A stretch of 62,907 nt of DNA, filler included, from Chiloscyllium plagiosum (taxonomy: Eukaryota), in assembly GCF_004010195.1 (NCBI RefSeq). It is 3 parts of one record of this genome, joined end to end, with 100 filler letters (N's around TTAATTAATTAA, not from the genome) between each part and the next. Parts side by side here need not be neighbours in the genome. Positions count along the whole stretch, not along the records: positions 23,900 to 48,753 come from NC_057712.1; 2 more parts are not named here. One strand, given 5' to 3'. Position numbers and translations under genes: made by a program. Every line of letters begins with the position of its first letter. Position 1 is the stretch's first letter. Shown one piece after another: positions 26,801 to 38,914 of this stretch. The notes under the pieces are model-generated. The model saw only the letters and a list, made by a program, of their open reading frames with translations, was not told where the DNA came from and did not search any database.

Positions 26801-27795
26801 TGGGGGAACACTGTCTTGGGGAATGGGGTAACACTGTCCTCGGGAACAGAGGAACACATTCCTTAGGATTGCGGGAAAACTGTCCTGGGGAATGGAGGAA
26901 CACTGTCGTCAGGAACGGAGGAACACATTCCTTAGGAATGGGGGAACACTGTCCTGGGGAATGGAGGAACACTCTCCTGGGGAATGCGAGAAAACTGTCC
27001 TGGGGAATTTGGGAACACTGTCCTGGGGAATGGATGAACACTGCCCTGGGGAAAGGAGGAACACTGTCCTGGGGAACGGAGGAACACATTCCTTAGGAAT
27101 AGGGCAACACTGTCCTGGGGAATGGGGGAACATTGTCCTGATGAATAGGGGAACACTGCCCTGGGGAATGGAGTGACACTGCCCTGGGGAATGCGGGAAT
27201 GCTGCCCTGGGGAATTGAGGAACACTCTCTTGGGAAATGGGGGAACACTATCCTGGAGAATGGCGGAGGGAATGGGGGAGCACTGTCCTGGGGAATGGAG
27301 GAACACTGCCCCGGGGAATGGGGGAACTCTGCCCTGGGGAATGGAGTAACACATTCCTGGGGAATGGAGGAACACATTCCTGGGAAGTGGGGGAACACTG
27401 TCCTGGGGAGTGGGGGAACACTGTCCTGGGGAATGGGGGAACACTGTCCTCGGGAACAGAGGAACACATTCCTTAGGAATGCGGGAAAACTGTCCTGGGG
27501 AATGGAGGAACACTCTCCTGGGGAATGTGGGAACACTGTCCTGGGGAATGGAGGAACACTGTCCTCGGGAACAGAGGAACACATTCCTTAGGAATGGGGT
27601 AACACTGTCCTGGGGAATGGAGGAACACTGTCGTCAGGAACGGAGGAACACATTCCTTAGGAATGGGGGAACACTGTCCTGGGGAATGGAGGAACACTCT
27701 CCTGGGGAATGCGGGAACACTATCCTGGGTATTGGGGCAACACTGTCCTGGGGAATGGGGCAAAATTGTCCTGGGGAATGGGGGAACACTGTCCT

Positions 27796-29820
27796 CCTGG
27801 GGAATGAGGGAACACTGTTCTCGGGAATGGGGGAACACTGCCCTGGGCAATGGAGGAATATTGCCCTGAGTAATGGAGGAACACTGTCCAGGGGAATTGG
27901 GGAACACTCTTCTGGGGAATGGGGCAACATTGTCCTGCGGAATGGGGGAACATTGTCCTGGGGAATGGTGAAACACAGTCCTGTGGAATGGGGAACACTG
28001 TCCTGGGGAATGAGGGAACACTGTTCTCGGGAATGGGGGAACACTGCCCTGGGCAATGGAGGAATATTGCCCTGAGTAATGGAGGAACACTGTCCAGGGG
28101 AATTGGGGAACACTCTTCTGGGGAATGGGGCAACATTGTCCTGCGGAATGGGGGAACATTGTCCTGGGGAATGGTGAAACACAGTCCTGTGGAATGGGGA
28201 ACACTGTCCTGGGGAATGAGGGAACACTGTTCTCGGGAATGGGGGAACACTGCCCTGGGCAATGGAGGAATATTGCCCTGAGTAATGGAGGAACACTGTC
28301 CAGGGGAATTGGGGAACACTCTTCTGGGGAATGGGGCAACATTGTCCTGCGGAATGGGGGAACATTGTCCTGGGGAATGGTGAAACACAGTCCTGTGGAA
28401 TGGGGAACACTGTCCTGGGGAATGAGGGAACACTGTTCTCGGGAATGGGGGAACACTGCCCTGGGCAATGGAGGAATATTGCCCTGAGTAATGGAGGAAC
28501 ACTGTCCAGGGGAATTGGGGAACACTCTTCTGGGGAATGGGGCAACATTGTCCTGCGGAATGGGGGAACATTGTCCTGGGGAATGGTGAAACACAGTCCT
28601 GTGGAATGGGGAACACTGTCCTGGGGAATGAGGGAACACTGTTCTCGGGAATGGGGGAACACTGCCCTGGGCAATGGAGGAATATTGCCCTGAGTAATGG
28701 AGGAACACTGTCCAGGGGAATTGGGGAACACTCTTCTGGGGAATGGGGCAACATTGTCCTGCGGAATGGGGGAACATTGTCCTGGGGAATGGTGAAACAC
28801 AGTCCTGTGGAATGGGGAACACTGTCCTGGGGAATGAGGGAACACTGTTCTCGGGAATGGGGGAACACTGCCCTGGGCAATGGAGGAATATTGCCCTGAG
28901 TAATGGAGGAACACTGTCCAGGGGAATTGGGGAACACTCTTCTGGGGAATGGGGCAACATTGTCCTGCGGAATGGGGGAACATTGTCCTGGGGAATGGTG
29001 AAACACAGTCCTGTGGAATGGGGAACACTGTCCTGGGGAATGAGGGAACACTGTTCTCGGGAATGGGGGAACACTGCCCTGGGCAATGGAGGAATATTGC
29101 CCTGAGTAATGGAGGAACACTGTCCAGGGGAATTGGGGAACACTCTTCTGGGGAATGGGGCAACATTGTCCTGCGGAATGGGGGAACATTGTCCTGGGGA
29201 ATGGTGAAACACAGTCCTGTGGAATGGGGAACACTGTCCTGGGGAATGAGGGAACACTGTTCTCGGGAATGGGGGAACACTGCCCTGGGCAATGGAGGAA
29301 TATTGCCCTGAGTAATGGAGGAACACTGTCCAGGGGAATTGGGGAACACTCTTCTGGGGAATGGGGCAACATTGTCCTGCGGAATGGGGGAACATTGTCC
29401 TGGGGAATGGTGAAACACAGTCCTGTGGAATGGGGAACACTGTCCTGGGGAATGAGGGAACACTGTTCTCGGGAATGGGGGAACACTGCCCTGGGCAATG
29501 GAGGAATATTGCCCTGAGTAATGGAGGAACACTGTCCAGGGGAATGGGGGAACACTCTTCTGGGGAATGGGGCAACATTGTCCTGCGGAATGGGGGAACA
29601 TTGTCCTGGGGAATGGTGAAACACAGTCCTGTGGAATGGGGAACACTGTCCTGGGGAATGAGGGAACACTGTTCTCGGGAATGGGGGAACACTGCCCTGG
29701 GCAATGGAGGAATATTGCCCTGAGTAATGGAGGAACACTGTCCAGGGGAATGGGGGAACACTCTTCTGGGGAATGGGGCAACATTGTCCTGCGGAATGGG
29801 GGAACATTGTCCTGGGGAAT
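27796..29820. repeat. 206-bp higher-order repeat (9 monomers), ~9.8 near-identical copies
   Basis: Near-identical 120-aa pseudo-ORFs recur every 206 bp (27919, 28125 ... 29361). The last two copies differ by one T>G. Confidence 0.95.
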
Positions 29821-30987
29821 GGAGGAACACTATCCTGGAGAATGGGGGAACACTGCCCAGGGGAATGGACGAACACTATCCTGGAGAATGGGGGAACACT
29901 GCCCAGGGGAATCGAGGAACACTATCCTGGAGAATGGGGGAACCCTGCCCAGGGGAATGGCGGAACACTATCCTGGAGAATGGGGGAACACTGCCCTGGG
30001 GAATGGAGGAACACAGCCTTGGGGAATGGGGGAACACTGTCCTGGGGAATGGAGGAACACTGTCCTGGGGAATGGGGGATCACTCCCCTGGGGAATTTGG
30101 AACACTGTCCTGGGGAATGGGGGAACATTGTCCTGGGGAATGGTGGAACACAGTCCTGTGGAATGGGGAACACTGTCCTGGGGAATGAGGGAACACTCTC
30201 CTGGGGAATGGAGGAACACTGTCCTGGGGAATGGGGGAACATTGTCCTGGGAATGGAGGAACACACTCCTGGGGAATGGGGAACACTGCCCTGGGGAATG
30301 GGGGAACACTCTCCTGGGGAATGGAGGAACACTCTCCTGGGGAATGGGGAACACTGTCCTGGGGAATGGGGGAACACTCTCCTGGGGAATGGGGGAACAC
30401 TCTCCTGGGGAATGGGGAACACTGTCCTGGGGAATGGGGGAACACTCTCCTGGGGAATGGAGGAACACTCTCCTTGGGAATGGGGAANNNNNNNNNNNNN
30501 NNNNNNNNNNNNNNNNNNNNNNNNNNNNNNNNNNNNNNNNNNNNNNNNNNNNNNNNNNNNNNNNNNNNNNNNNNNNNNNNNNNNNNNNNNNNNNNNNNNN
30601 NNNNNNNNNNNNNNNNNNNNNNNNNNNNNNNNNNNNNNNNNNNNNNNNNNNNNNNNNNNNNNNNNNNNNNNNNNNNNNNNNNNNNNNNNNNNNNNNNNNN
30701 NNNNNNNNNNNNNNNNNNNNNNNNNNNNNNNNNNNNNNNNNNNNNNNNNNNNNNNNNNNNNNNNNNNNNNNNNNNNNNNNNNNNNNNNNNNNNNNNNNNN
30801 NNNNNNNNNNNNNNNNNNNNNNNNNNNNNNNNNNNNNNNNNNNNNNNNNNNNNNNNNNNNNNNNNNNNNNNNNNNNNNNNNNNNNNNNNNNNNNNNNNNN
30901 NNNNNNNNNNNNNNNNNNNNNNNNNNNNNNNNNNNNNNNNNNNNNNNNNNNNNNNNNNNNNNNNNNNNNNNNNNNNNNNNNNNNNNN

Positions 30988-32115
30988 GGAATGAAGAGGG
31001 TGTGCCAAGCAGGCTAAGATAAAAGGTAGGGAGGAGGGAGTAGGGGGAGGGGCGTCGGAAATGTGACAGGTGGAATGAGGTCAAGGTGAGGGTGAAAGGT
31101 CAGACTGGGGTGGGGGCGGAGAGGTCGGGAAGAAGATCTCAGGTTAGGAAGGCAGTGCTGAATTTGATGGATTTGACTGAGACAAGGTGGGGGTGGGGAA
31201 ATGAGGAAACTGGAGAAATCTGAGTTCATCCCTTGTGGTTGGAGGGTTCCTAGGNNNNNNNNNNNNNNNNNNNNNNNNNNNNNNNNNNNNNNNNNNNNNN
31301 NNNNNNNNNNNNNNNNNNNNNNNNNNNNNNNNNNNNNNNNNNNNNNNNNNNNNNNNNNNNNNNNNNNNNNNNNNNNNNNNNNNNNNNNNNNNNNNNNNNN
31401 NNNNNNNNNNNNNNNNNNNNNNNNNNNNNNNNNNNNNNNNNNNNNNNNNNNNNNNNNNNNNNNNNNNNNNNNNNNNNNNNNNNNNNNNNNNNNNNNNNNN
31501 NNNNNNNNNNNNNNNNNNNNNNNNNNNNNNNNNNNNNNNNNNNNNNNNNNNNNNNNNNNNNNNNNNNNNNNNNNNNNNNNNNNNNNNNNNNNNNNNNNNN
31601 NNNNNNNNNNNNNNNNNNNNNNNNNNNNNNNNNNNNNNNNNNNNNNNNNNNNNNNNNNNNNNNNNNNNNNNNNNNNNNNNNNNNNNNNNNNNNNNNNNNN
31701 NNNNNNNNNNNNNNNNNNNNNNNNNNNNNNNNNNNNNNNNNNNNNNNNNNNNNNNNNNNNNNNNNNNNNNNNNNNNNNNNNNNNNNNNNNNNNNNNNNNN
31801 NNNNNNNNNNNNNNNNNNNNNNNNNNNNNNNNNNNNNNNNNGTAGCTGTGGGAGTCGGTTGGTTTATAGTAAATGTCCGTGTTGATACGGTCGCCCGGGA
31901 TAGAAATGGAAAGGTCTAGGAAGGGGAGGGAGGAGTCTGAGACGGTCCAGGTGAATTTGAGGTCGGGGTGGAAGGTGTTGGTAAAGTGGATGAACTGTTC
32001 AACCTCCTCGTGGGAGCACGAGGTAGCGCCGATACAGTCATCGATGTAGCGGAGGAAAAGGTGGGGGGTGGTACCAGTGTAGCTGCGGAAGATGGACTGT
32101 TCCACATATCCGATG
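30988..32115 (-). mobile_element. Penelope-like element (RT and GIY-YIG end), spanning a gap
   Basis: FLRYIDDCIG, LPFLDL and YYKPTDSHSY before the gap; LGTLQPQGMNSDFS after it. Confidence 0.88.
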
Positions 32116-32180
32116 ATTGTATATCCCAAAGAAAACTATGATGCGAAGGTGTCAGTGTTGTACTGGGATAGACAAAGTTT

Positions 32181-32330
32181 AAAAATCGCACAACACCAGG
32201 TTATAGTCCAACAGGTTTATTTGGAAGCACTAGCTTTTGAAGTTCCATCAGGTCGTTGTGAAGCAGCGCTCCGAAAGCTAGTGCTTCCAAATAAACCTGT
32301 TGGACTATAACCTGGTGTTGTGTGATTTTT
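32181..32330. repeat. 57-bp inverted repeat (Penelope-type terminal fold-back)
   Basis: Arms 32181-32237 and 32274-32330 differ by one mismatch. The 36-nt loop contains remnants such as gcagcgctccgaaagcta. Confidence 0.85.
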
Positions 32331-32409
32331 ATTTTAACAAAAAAAATTTAGATTAATTCTGCTCGGTCAGAGGACTGTTTCCTTTGGGTGTATGTCCAAT
32401 TTAAAGTAC

Positions 32410-33665
32410 GTAGAACATAGAACAGTACAAGACAGCACAGTACAGGCCATTCGGCCCTCAATGTTGTGCCGACCTTTTATCCTACTCTAAGATCAAACTA
32501 AACTACATACCCTTCATTTTGCTATCATCCATGTGCCTCTCCAAGAGTCGCTTAAATGTCCCGAATGTACCTGACCCTACTACCACTGCTGGCAGTGCAT
32601 TCCACACACCCACCACTCTGTGTAAAGAACCTACCTCTGACATCTCCTCTAAACCTTCCTCCAATCACCTTAAAATGATGCCCCCTTGTGATAGCCATTT
32701 CTGTCTTGGGAAAAAGTCTCTGGCTATCCACTCTCATGCTTCTCATCATCTATCAAGCCAGCTCTCATCCCTCTTCACTCCAATGAGAAAAGCCCTAGCT
32801 CCTTCAACCTTTTTTCGTAAGACCTGCCCTCCAGTCCAGGCAGTATCCTGATAAATCTCCTCTGCACTCTCTCTAAAGCTTCCACATCCTTCCTATAATG
32901 AGGCAACCAGAACTGAACACAATATTCCAAGTGTGCTCAAATGTTGACTCTCCTGCTCCTCGGATGCTGCCTGACCAGCTGTGCTTTTCCAGCATCACAC
33001 TCTTCGACTCTGATCTCCAGCATCTGCACTGCTCACTTTCACCCATATTCCAAGTATGGCTAACCAGGACTCTGTAGAGCTGCAGCATAACCTCGTGATT
33101 CTTAAACTTAATTCCCCTGCTAATGAAAGCCAACACACCATGTGCCTTAACGACTCTATCAACCTGAGTGGCAATTTTGAGGGATCTATGGACATGGACC
33201 CAAGATACACCTGTTCCTCCACACTACCAAGAATCCTGCCTTAATCCTGGTATTCTGCATTCAAACTTGGCCTTCCAAAATGAATCATTTCACACTTTTT
33301 TCCAGGTTGAATTCCATCGTCCACTTACCAGCCCAGTTCTGCATCCTGTCAATGTCACGTTGCAACCTATAACAGCCCTCCACAGCATCCACAACTCCAC
33401 TAACCTTCGTGTCATCAGAAAACTCACGAACCCACCCTTCCACTTCCTCATCCAAGTAATTTATAAAAATCACAAACTGTAGAGGTCCCAGAACAGATCC
33501 CTGTGGAACACCTCTGGTCACCGAGTTCCAGGCTGAATACTTTCCATCTACTACCACCCTAAGTCTTCTATTGGCCAGCCAGTTCTGTATCCAGACAGTC
33601 AAATGTTCTTGTATCACATGCCTTCTTAGTTTCTGAATGAGCCTACCATGGGGAACCTTTCCAAA
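32410..33665 (-). mobile_element. CR1 LINE 3' half, with a mini Penelope insertion at 32936-33044
   Basis: KVPHGRL, GVPQGSVLGP and FSDDTK motifs; agaacatagaac tail. The insert is flanked by atattccaagtRtg at 32922-32935 and 33045-33058. Confidence 0.88.
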
Positions 33666-34789
33666 GTGTGGAGGAATTATCCCCAACACCTTGGCCTCTA
33701 TTAATCCTGCAATCGACAGCATTTAAAATGATCTTGGTTGCTATTTGAGTTTATTGACTGCATGTCCTACATTGCAACTTGATCTTGGCCAACAGATGGA
33801 AACCATGGTAACTGCACTGCAATACATTTCATGGCTAGAAGAACTTTGGGATATTCTGAATTTTTTTTTCTCAATATTTTATCAAAGCTAATAGATATGT
33901 CATCTAAGCTGGTTTCACCAATTTATTTAACAATTGGGACAAATATGCAAGCATGAAACATTAGGAAGGGGAAGAAAAATGAACAGGCAAAAGAGACACT
34001 TACTCAAACACTCTTAATTTGGTGCTCGTGATCCTTATGAACAAATAGTTCTAGTCATAACAGGCATGACCTTGGACAAATTACTTTCTGAATTCTGTTA
34101 TTATAATTACTCTTCATGCTTTTCCTTCATATATGCCTGTCCAATTGACTGAATATTAATGTGGATTCAGCCTCCAGCTCTAACACTGAATGCCACAGCA
34201 TTGTAACTCTCCATAGTAAATAACCTGTTTTTTTTTGCCTATTAAACTGCTCAAGAAAGCTCAATTTTAAAGTGGAAGTTGAGGCTCCATTTCCGATTTG
34301 GAATTTGTGAGGGTGAAACTGAATTTCAGTTGAGGCTTGAGTTTGAAGGTGGAAACTTGTCTGCAGCTGAGGTGGGTTTGAAATTAGAAACTAAACCTGA
34401 AATTGTGGTTGATTACCGCTGTGACCAAAGTGTTTGAAACTAAGGTTGAAGGTTGAATGAAAGCTGTACAATTTGAAGTAATTTCTTATTTCTGCCAGGG
34501 CTGGAAGTGAAATGATGTTTAAGGTCAAGGTTGAGTTGGTTTCTATTTAAACCGTGAGTGAACCCACCTCTCCCCATTTTAATTTTCCCTCCAATTCTCT
34601 CCCCTTTCAAAGCCTAGTGACACTTCTTTGGGTGCTATAGTTGGCAGTTGTCTTCCTATTCCCTTGCCCTTTTTGGGATGAAGCCCTTATAATAAGTGTT
34701 TAACTTTAAGTCACCTTGGCCAAACATCTTTGGGTGACATCCACAGTGTGCATTTTTCCAGCAGGGATCTATTTCTAGCTCAAGAAGGA

Positions 34790-35016
34790 AGCCAACTGAT
34801 AAAGCTTCCCTTTACTCAGAGTAGTAAGGATATGGAATGCATTACCTGCAATGGTAGTAGACTCACCAAGTTTAAGTTCATTTAAATCTTCACTGGACAG
34901 GCATATGGATGTAAATGGAATAGTGTAGATGGATGGGCTTCAGATTAGTAAGACAGGGCGGCGCAACATCGAGGGTCAAAGGGCCTGTACTGCGCTGTAA
35001 TGTTCTATGTTCTATG
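34790..35016 (+). mobile_element. CR1 3' end
   Basis: tttactcagagtagtaaggatatggaatgcattacc ... gggcctgtactgcgctgtaatgttctatgttctatg. Confidence 0.8.
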
Positions 35017-35539
35017 CTTTAGGATTAGCAAAGGAATCATTTGGTGGCTGCATGTTGTTGGTGATAATTAATCATGGATTTCAACGTATCTAGAGCAAAT
35101 TCAATTGTGAAATGCTTTCAAAGTCATACATCCAGAGTAATTTCTTCCTCCTAAGCCTTCCTATATTCATTGTCTTAAATTATTCCTGATTGGTTTTGTA
35201 AATCTTTAGACCATTTTAAGTAAACTTATTTGCTCCCATTGCCTCCCTTTTGAGAACTTTAACATTTTCTCACCATTTTGTTTCTGTTCTTTACTTGTGG
35301 ATTAATTACTTTTCCAGTGTTTGGCCTGGTCCTCTGGTTTTAATGTTCTGAACGTGATAAACCCAAAAAGTCCATGTGGTGATGAATGACGTTAATGTTA
35401 TTGAACGTTTGAGCAGCCTGAAAGTGGCTTGTGGCAAAGCCATAATCATGACCAAGTCGTTCTTGAAGTGCAATGACACTTGGGCTGGGTCAGATTCTGT
35501 GGCTAATTAGATTTGTTTTGTTTGTGTTTTGTCTTTTAG

Positions 35540-35707
35540 GTTTTTGGTGGCCTGGTTTGGATCCTTGTGGCTTCTGCTCGCGTTGCATTTCCACCGGACC
35601 AAGGCTGGGTGATGTTTGTTTCAGTTTTCTGCTTCGTGATCACTACATTGCTGCTCATCCTCTACACAGCTGGAGTTCAGAACAGTTCAACTGCTTGGAT
35701 GGCAGTG
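35540..35707 (+). CDS. MAL: MAL-like gene B, exon 2
   Basis: Pyrimidine tract with ttttag acceptor and gtatgt donor, 168 bp, phase 0/0. Translates to VFGGLVWILVASARVAFPPDQGWVMFVSVFCFVITTLLLILYTAGVQNSSTAWMAV. Confidence 0.95.
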
Positions 35708-36665
35708 GTATGTCTCTGGCCTTTCTACCATCTTTCCATTATTATGACCAATACAAGTTTGCTGTTATGCTCTAACCTCCAAGGTTAACTAACTGGAAAT
35801 GTCTTCTGACCATCAAATATATACTGGGAAAACCCCCAGGACTATGGAGGATGTGTGAGCGAACTAGCTCCTAGTGACAGTAAAGGAGAATTGTTTCTGG
35901 CCACAATGGTGGGAGTGCAATGTGATGTTTTTTTAATATATAAAAGGAGACATGATCAGACCTTGTAAGTGTAAAGTGTGGAGGAACATGGCTGTTTTTT
36001 TGTTTAATGAAAGAAATATTGGACTGTGCTATAAAATTCGATAAGCGCCGTGTAGGGTTAAGCTGAATACCACCCAAAAATAACTGCTCAGATTTTATGT
36101 ATAAAATAAACGCAAGCTTTTTTTTTTGGAGAAGAGGGTTTTCTGAATAAAAATAGATACCAATGAATTGTCTTGAATCTACATGGAGTTAGGGAATATC
36201 TAAGGACAGCTCAAGTGTAGAATTAAATGGCGGGGGNNNNNGGCGGGTGGTGGTAATTTGGCCCAATTATATAAATGGGTTCAAAGCAGTGAAATTATAT
36301 TGATCCCCTTGTTTAGTTTTCTCTCTGGGTTACACTTGTTCTGGGGATAAATGCTTCCCTGGTACCTCATCAAGTTGCCATTATTCACGTGGAACTATTC
36401 AAAGAAGCTTTGGTTTATTTTTTGACTCCCTTTCTCTGGGTATGCATTGAGTAGAATTACTGGATTATAACCATGGGTGATAACCTTATATTTAAGCCAG
36501 CCATTGCAGGGTCCCTAGTAGATCCTCACTGGCTGTCAAATAGGCAGTACATCAGCAAACATAATCTTTTTTGGACAGACTTGGAGTGGGAGTGGACTGC
36601 ATTGAAGTGTACATTACAAAATATCTGTGAATTAGTTTCTCATTTTGTGCTTCCTCTTGTTTTAG

Positions 36666-36788
36666 GACGTCTTCTACCATTTCATTGCTGCAGTGTTTTA
36701 TTTAAGTTGTGCTGTACTGGAGGCTAGTGACACAAGATTTCGTTTTATCTTTCTGAATCAAGTGCTCAAAATCAACATTGCTGCTTCA
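36666..36788 (+). CDS. MAL: MAL-like gene B, exon 3
   Basis: ttttag acceptor and gtaagt donor, 123 bp, phase 0/0. Translates to DVFYHFIAAVFYLSCAVLEASDTRFRFIFLNQVLKINIAAS. Confidence 0.93.
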
Positions 36789-37389
36789 GTAAGTCTCTGT
36801 TTTGTTGTGCAGTTTTTTTTTAATGCTGCATACCTGCTTAATGAGTAATCAAAATAGACTTTTTTCATCCATAGAATTAGTAATGCCAAACAGCAAAATA
36901 ATAATAATGAACAAGATGGTTTAATGAGAACAACGCAGGAGTAGGGTGTCTGAAACTTTGAGGTGTCAACTTGGAGAAGCCATAAAACAACAAGGGCATA
37001 CTATAGACAGCTTAGTAATCATCTAACCAAAAGATCAAACCAAGGCTGGGCAGCGGTGCCAAATCCAGTTATAAATGGCAGATGGATAAGAACTGATAGG
37101 AATCCCGTGAGCATGTCCAGTCTCAGTGGTAGTGGATCTCTGCACTTGAGTGTGAAAGACAAAGTTTAGCACTTGCACTGTCCATTGGCAGAACTGCAGC
37201 AGGGGTGATCCATCTTGACCTCCTCTTAAGGGGAGCGGGGAGGCACCCCAACATAACTTGTCATGTTTCATCCAGTTTGTTTAATTCCACATTGAAATGG
37301 CTTGGGGCACAGGGTCCATGATGAAGTGTTACAAGGTTTGTCTTGGAACTAGCCACTAGTTGTACTGGAACAGCTTGGCTAGAAATTGT

Positions 37390-37930
37390 CAAGAGTGTGG
37401 TGCTGGAAAAGCACAACAAGTCAGGCAGCATCCGAGGAGCAGGAAAATCAACATTTCGGGCAAAGGCCTTCATCAGGAATGAGGCTGGGTGCCTCGGGGA
37501 TGGAGAGATAAATAGGATTGGGAGGAGCTGGGGGGAAGGTAGCTGAGTGCAATATGTGGATGGAGGTGGGGTTAAAGCTGATAGTTCGGAGGGGAGGCTA
37601 GAGCAGATAGGTGGGAAGGAAGATGGACAGGTGAGGCAGGTCATATGGGTGATGCTGAGCTGCAAGGTTTGAACTAGGATAAGGTAGGGGAGGGGAAATA
37701 AGGAAACTGGTGAAATCCACATTGATGCTATAGGGTTGGAGTGTCCCGAAGCTGAAGATGAGGCGTTCTTTTTCCAGGCGTCGGGTGGTAAAGGAGTGGC
37801 AATGGAGGAAGCCCAGGCCCTGCATGTCCTTGGCGGAGTGGGAGGGGGAGTTGAAGTGTTTGGCCATGGGGGTGTGGGGTTTGTTAATGCGGTTGGCTGG
37901 AGATGTTCTCTGAAACTCTCTGCAGGTAGA
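37390..37930 (-). mobile_element. Penelope-like element 3' end (GIY-YIG C-terminus and pLTR)
   Basis: AKHFNSPSHS...RRLEKERLIFSFGTLQPYSINVDF, then a pyrimidine-rich UTR and the cctgatgaaggcctttgcccgaaa hammerhead motif. Confidence 0.85.
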
Positions 37931-38554
37931 GGTTAGGGGAATTGTGGAAAAATTGCGTGGGTATATCCTGGTCACATATGTTGCCAAGTATAGTCCAGCC
38001 AGTCTAATGCTCCCTTTTGTTTAATCAGTTGCATCAAGCTATGGACAGAGTAAAGTGATGGAAGGACTCATTGACAGCACTATCTCTCAGTATTTCTTCA
38101 TCAATAGCTACCTCATCAATGCCCAGTTTGATCCTGCCATGATTGCTTTGACTGCAGATCATGCTTCAGCCTTACTCAATCTGGTTCAGTGACTACCCTG
38201 GACATCAAAGATGACACTTGACAGATTTTTAATACTCGGAATCTTGCAGCATCTATGGAGAGAAACTGGGCCAAAGGAGCCCTGCCTGGAGTTTCTTCTG
38301 GCATGAAGGAAGATGAAGTTTTGGGTTACAAATAGGCCAATAATCTCAACTCCAGCTCAAGTCTACAAGAGCTCCTCAGGGCAGCTGTTTTCTAATCTAC
38401 CCGATCAAGGATGCATTATTACATACCTCTGGGGCAGGTGGAACTTGAAATCAGGGCTCCTAACCCAGAGAGTGAGACACTATCTCTGCAACACACTCCC
38501 AGTTCCTCAGTATAGTGTTCCAGACTATCTTGACAACTATTTTCAGCTTTTTGA

Positions 38555-38886
38555 GTAGAATCCCCACGGTGTGGAAACAGGCCCTTTGGCCCAACAAGTT
38601 CACACCGACCCTCCGAAGAGCAACCCGCCTAGACCCATTCCCCGACCCTATACTTACGCCTGACTAATGCACCTGGAATGCACTATGGGCAATTTTAGCA
38701 TGGCCAATTCCCCTAACCTGCACATCTTTGGAGTGTGGGACAAAACCAGAGCACCCAGAGGTAGCCCACACAGACACGAGGTGTATGTGCAAACTCCACA
38801 CAGAGAGTTGCCTGAGGCAGGAATTGAACCCAGGTCCCTGGCGCTGTGAGGCAGCAGTGCTAACCACTGAGCCATCGTGCCGCCCC
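38555..38886 (-). mobile_element. HE1-type V-SINE, full length
   Basis: Head gggcggcacgatggctcagtggttagcactgc, B box ggttcaattcc, V domain and CR1-shared tail. Confidence 0.9.
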
Positions 38887-38914
38887 AGCAAAAAGTACAT
38901 TTGTTGTATTCATT

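Larger units (their letters stand above)
21501..30487. repeat. 23-bp G-rich minisatellite, consensus GGGGAATGGRGGAACACTGTCCT, roughly 360 sequenced units
   Basis: Continuous tandem units in one orientation, interrupted by gaps at 23800-23899 and 24719-25240. Explains all the GEWGN/PPFPR pseudo-ORFs. Confidence 0.97.

Noticed and set aside
21501..30487. CRISPR array or immunoglobulin switch region
   Set aside because: The units are contiguous with no unique spacers and there are no cas genes in this eukaryotic context. AGCT hotspots and Ig constant exons are absent.
21397..31084. Long ORFs (up to 785 aa) rich in GEWGN or PPFPR repeats
   Set aside because: They occur in all six frames as a by-product of a stop-poor 23-bp repeat and N runs. 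The period is not a multiple of 3, and there is no splice or homology evidence.
33990..34070. Minus-strand GAgtaagt donor as a candidate gene A exon 1
   Set aside because: No MAL-like open frame in phase 0, and the upstream ATGs hit stop codons.
35473..35775. ORF-track peptides overlapping the MAL exons in other frames (also 18681-18917 and 10826-11035)
   Set aside because: They are off-frame readings. The splice-defined frame matches MAL.
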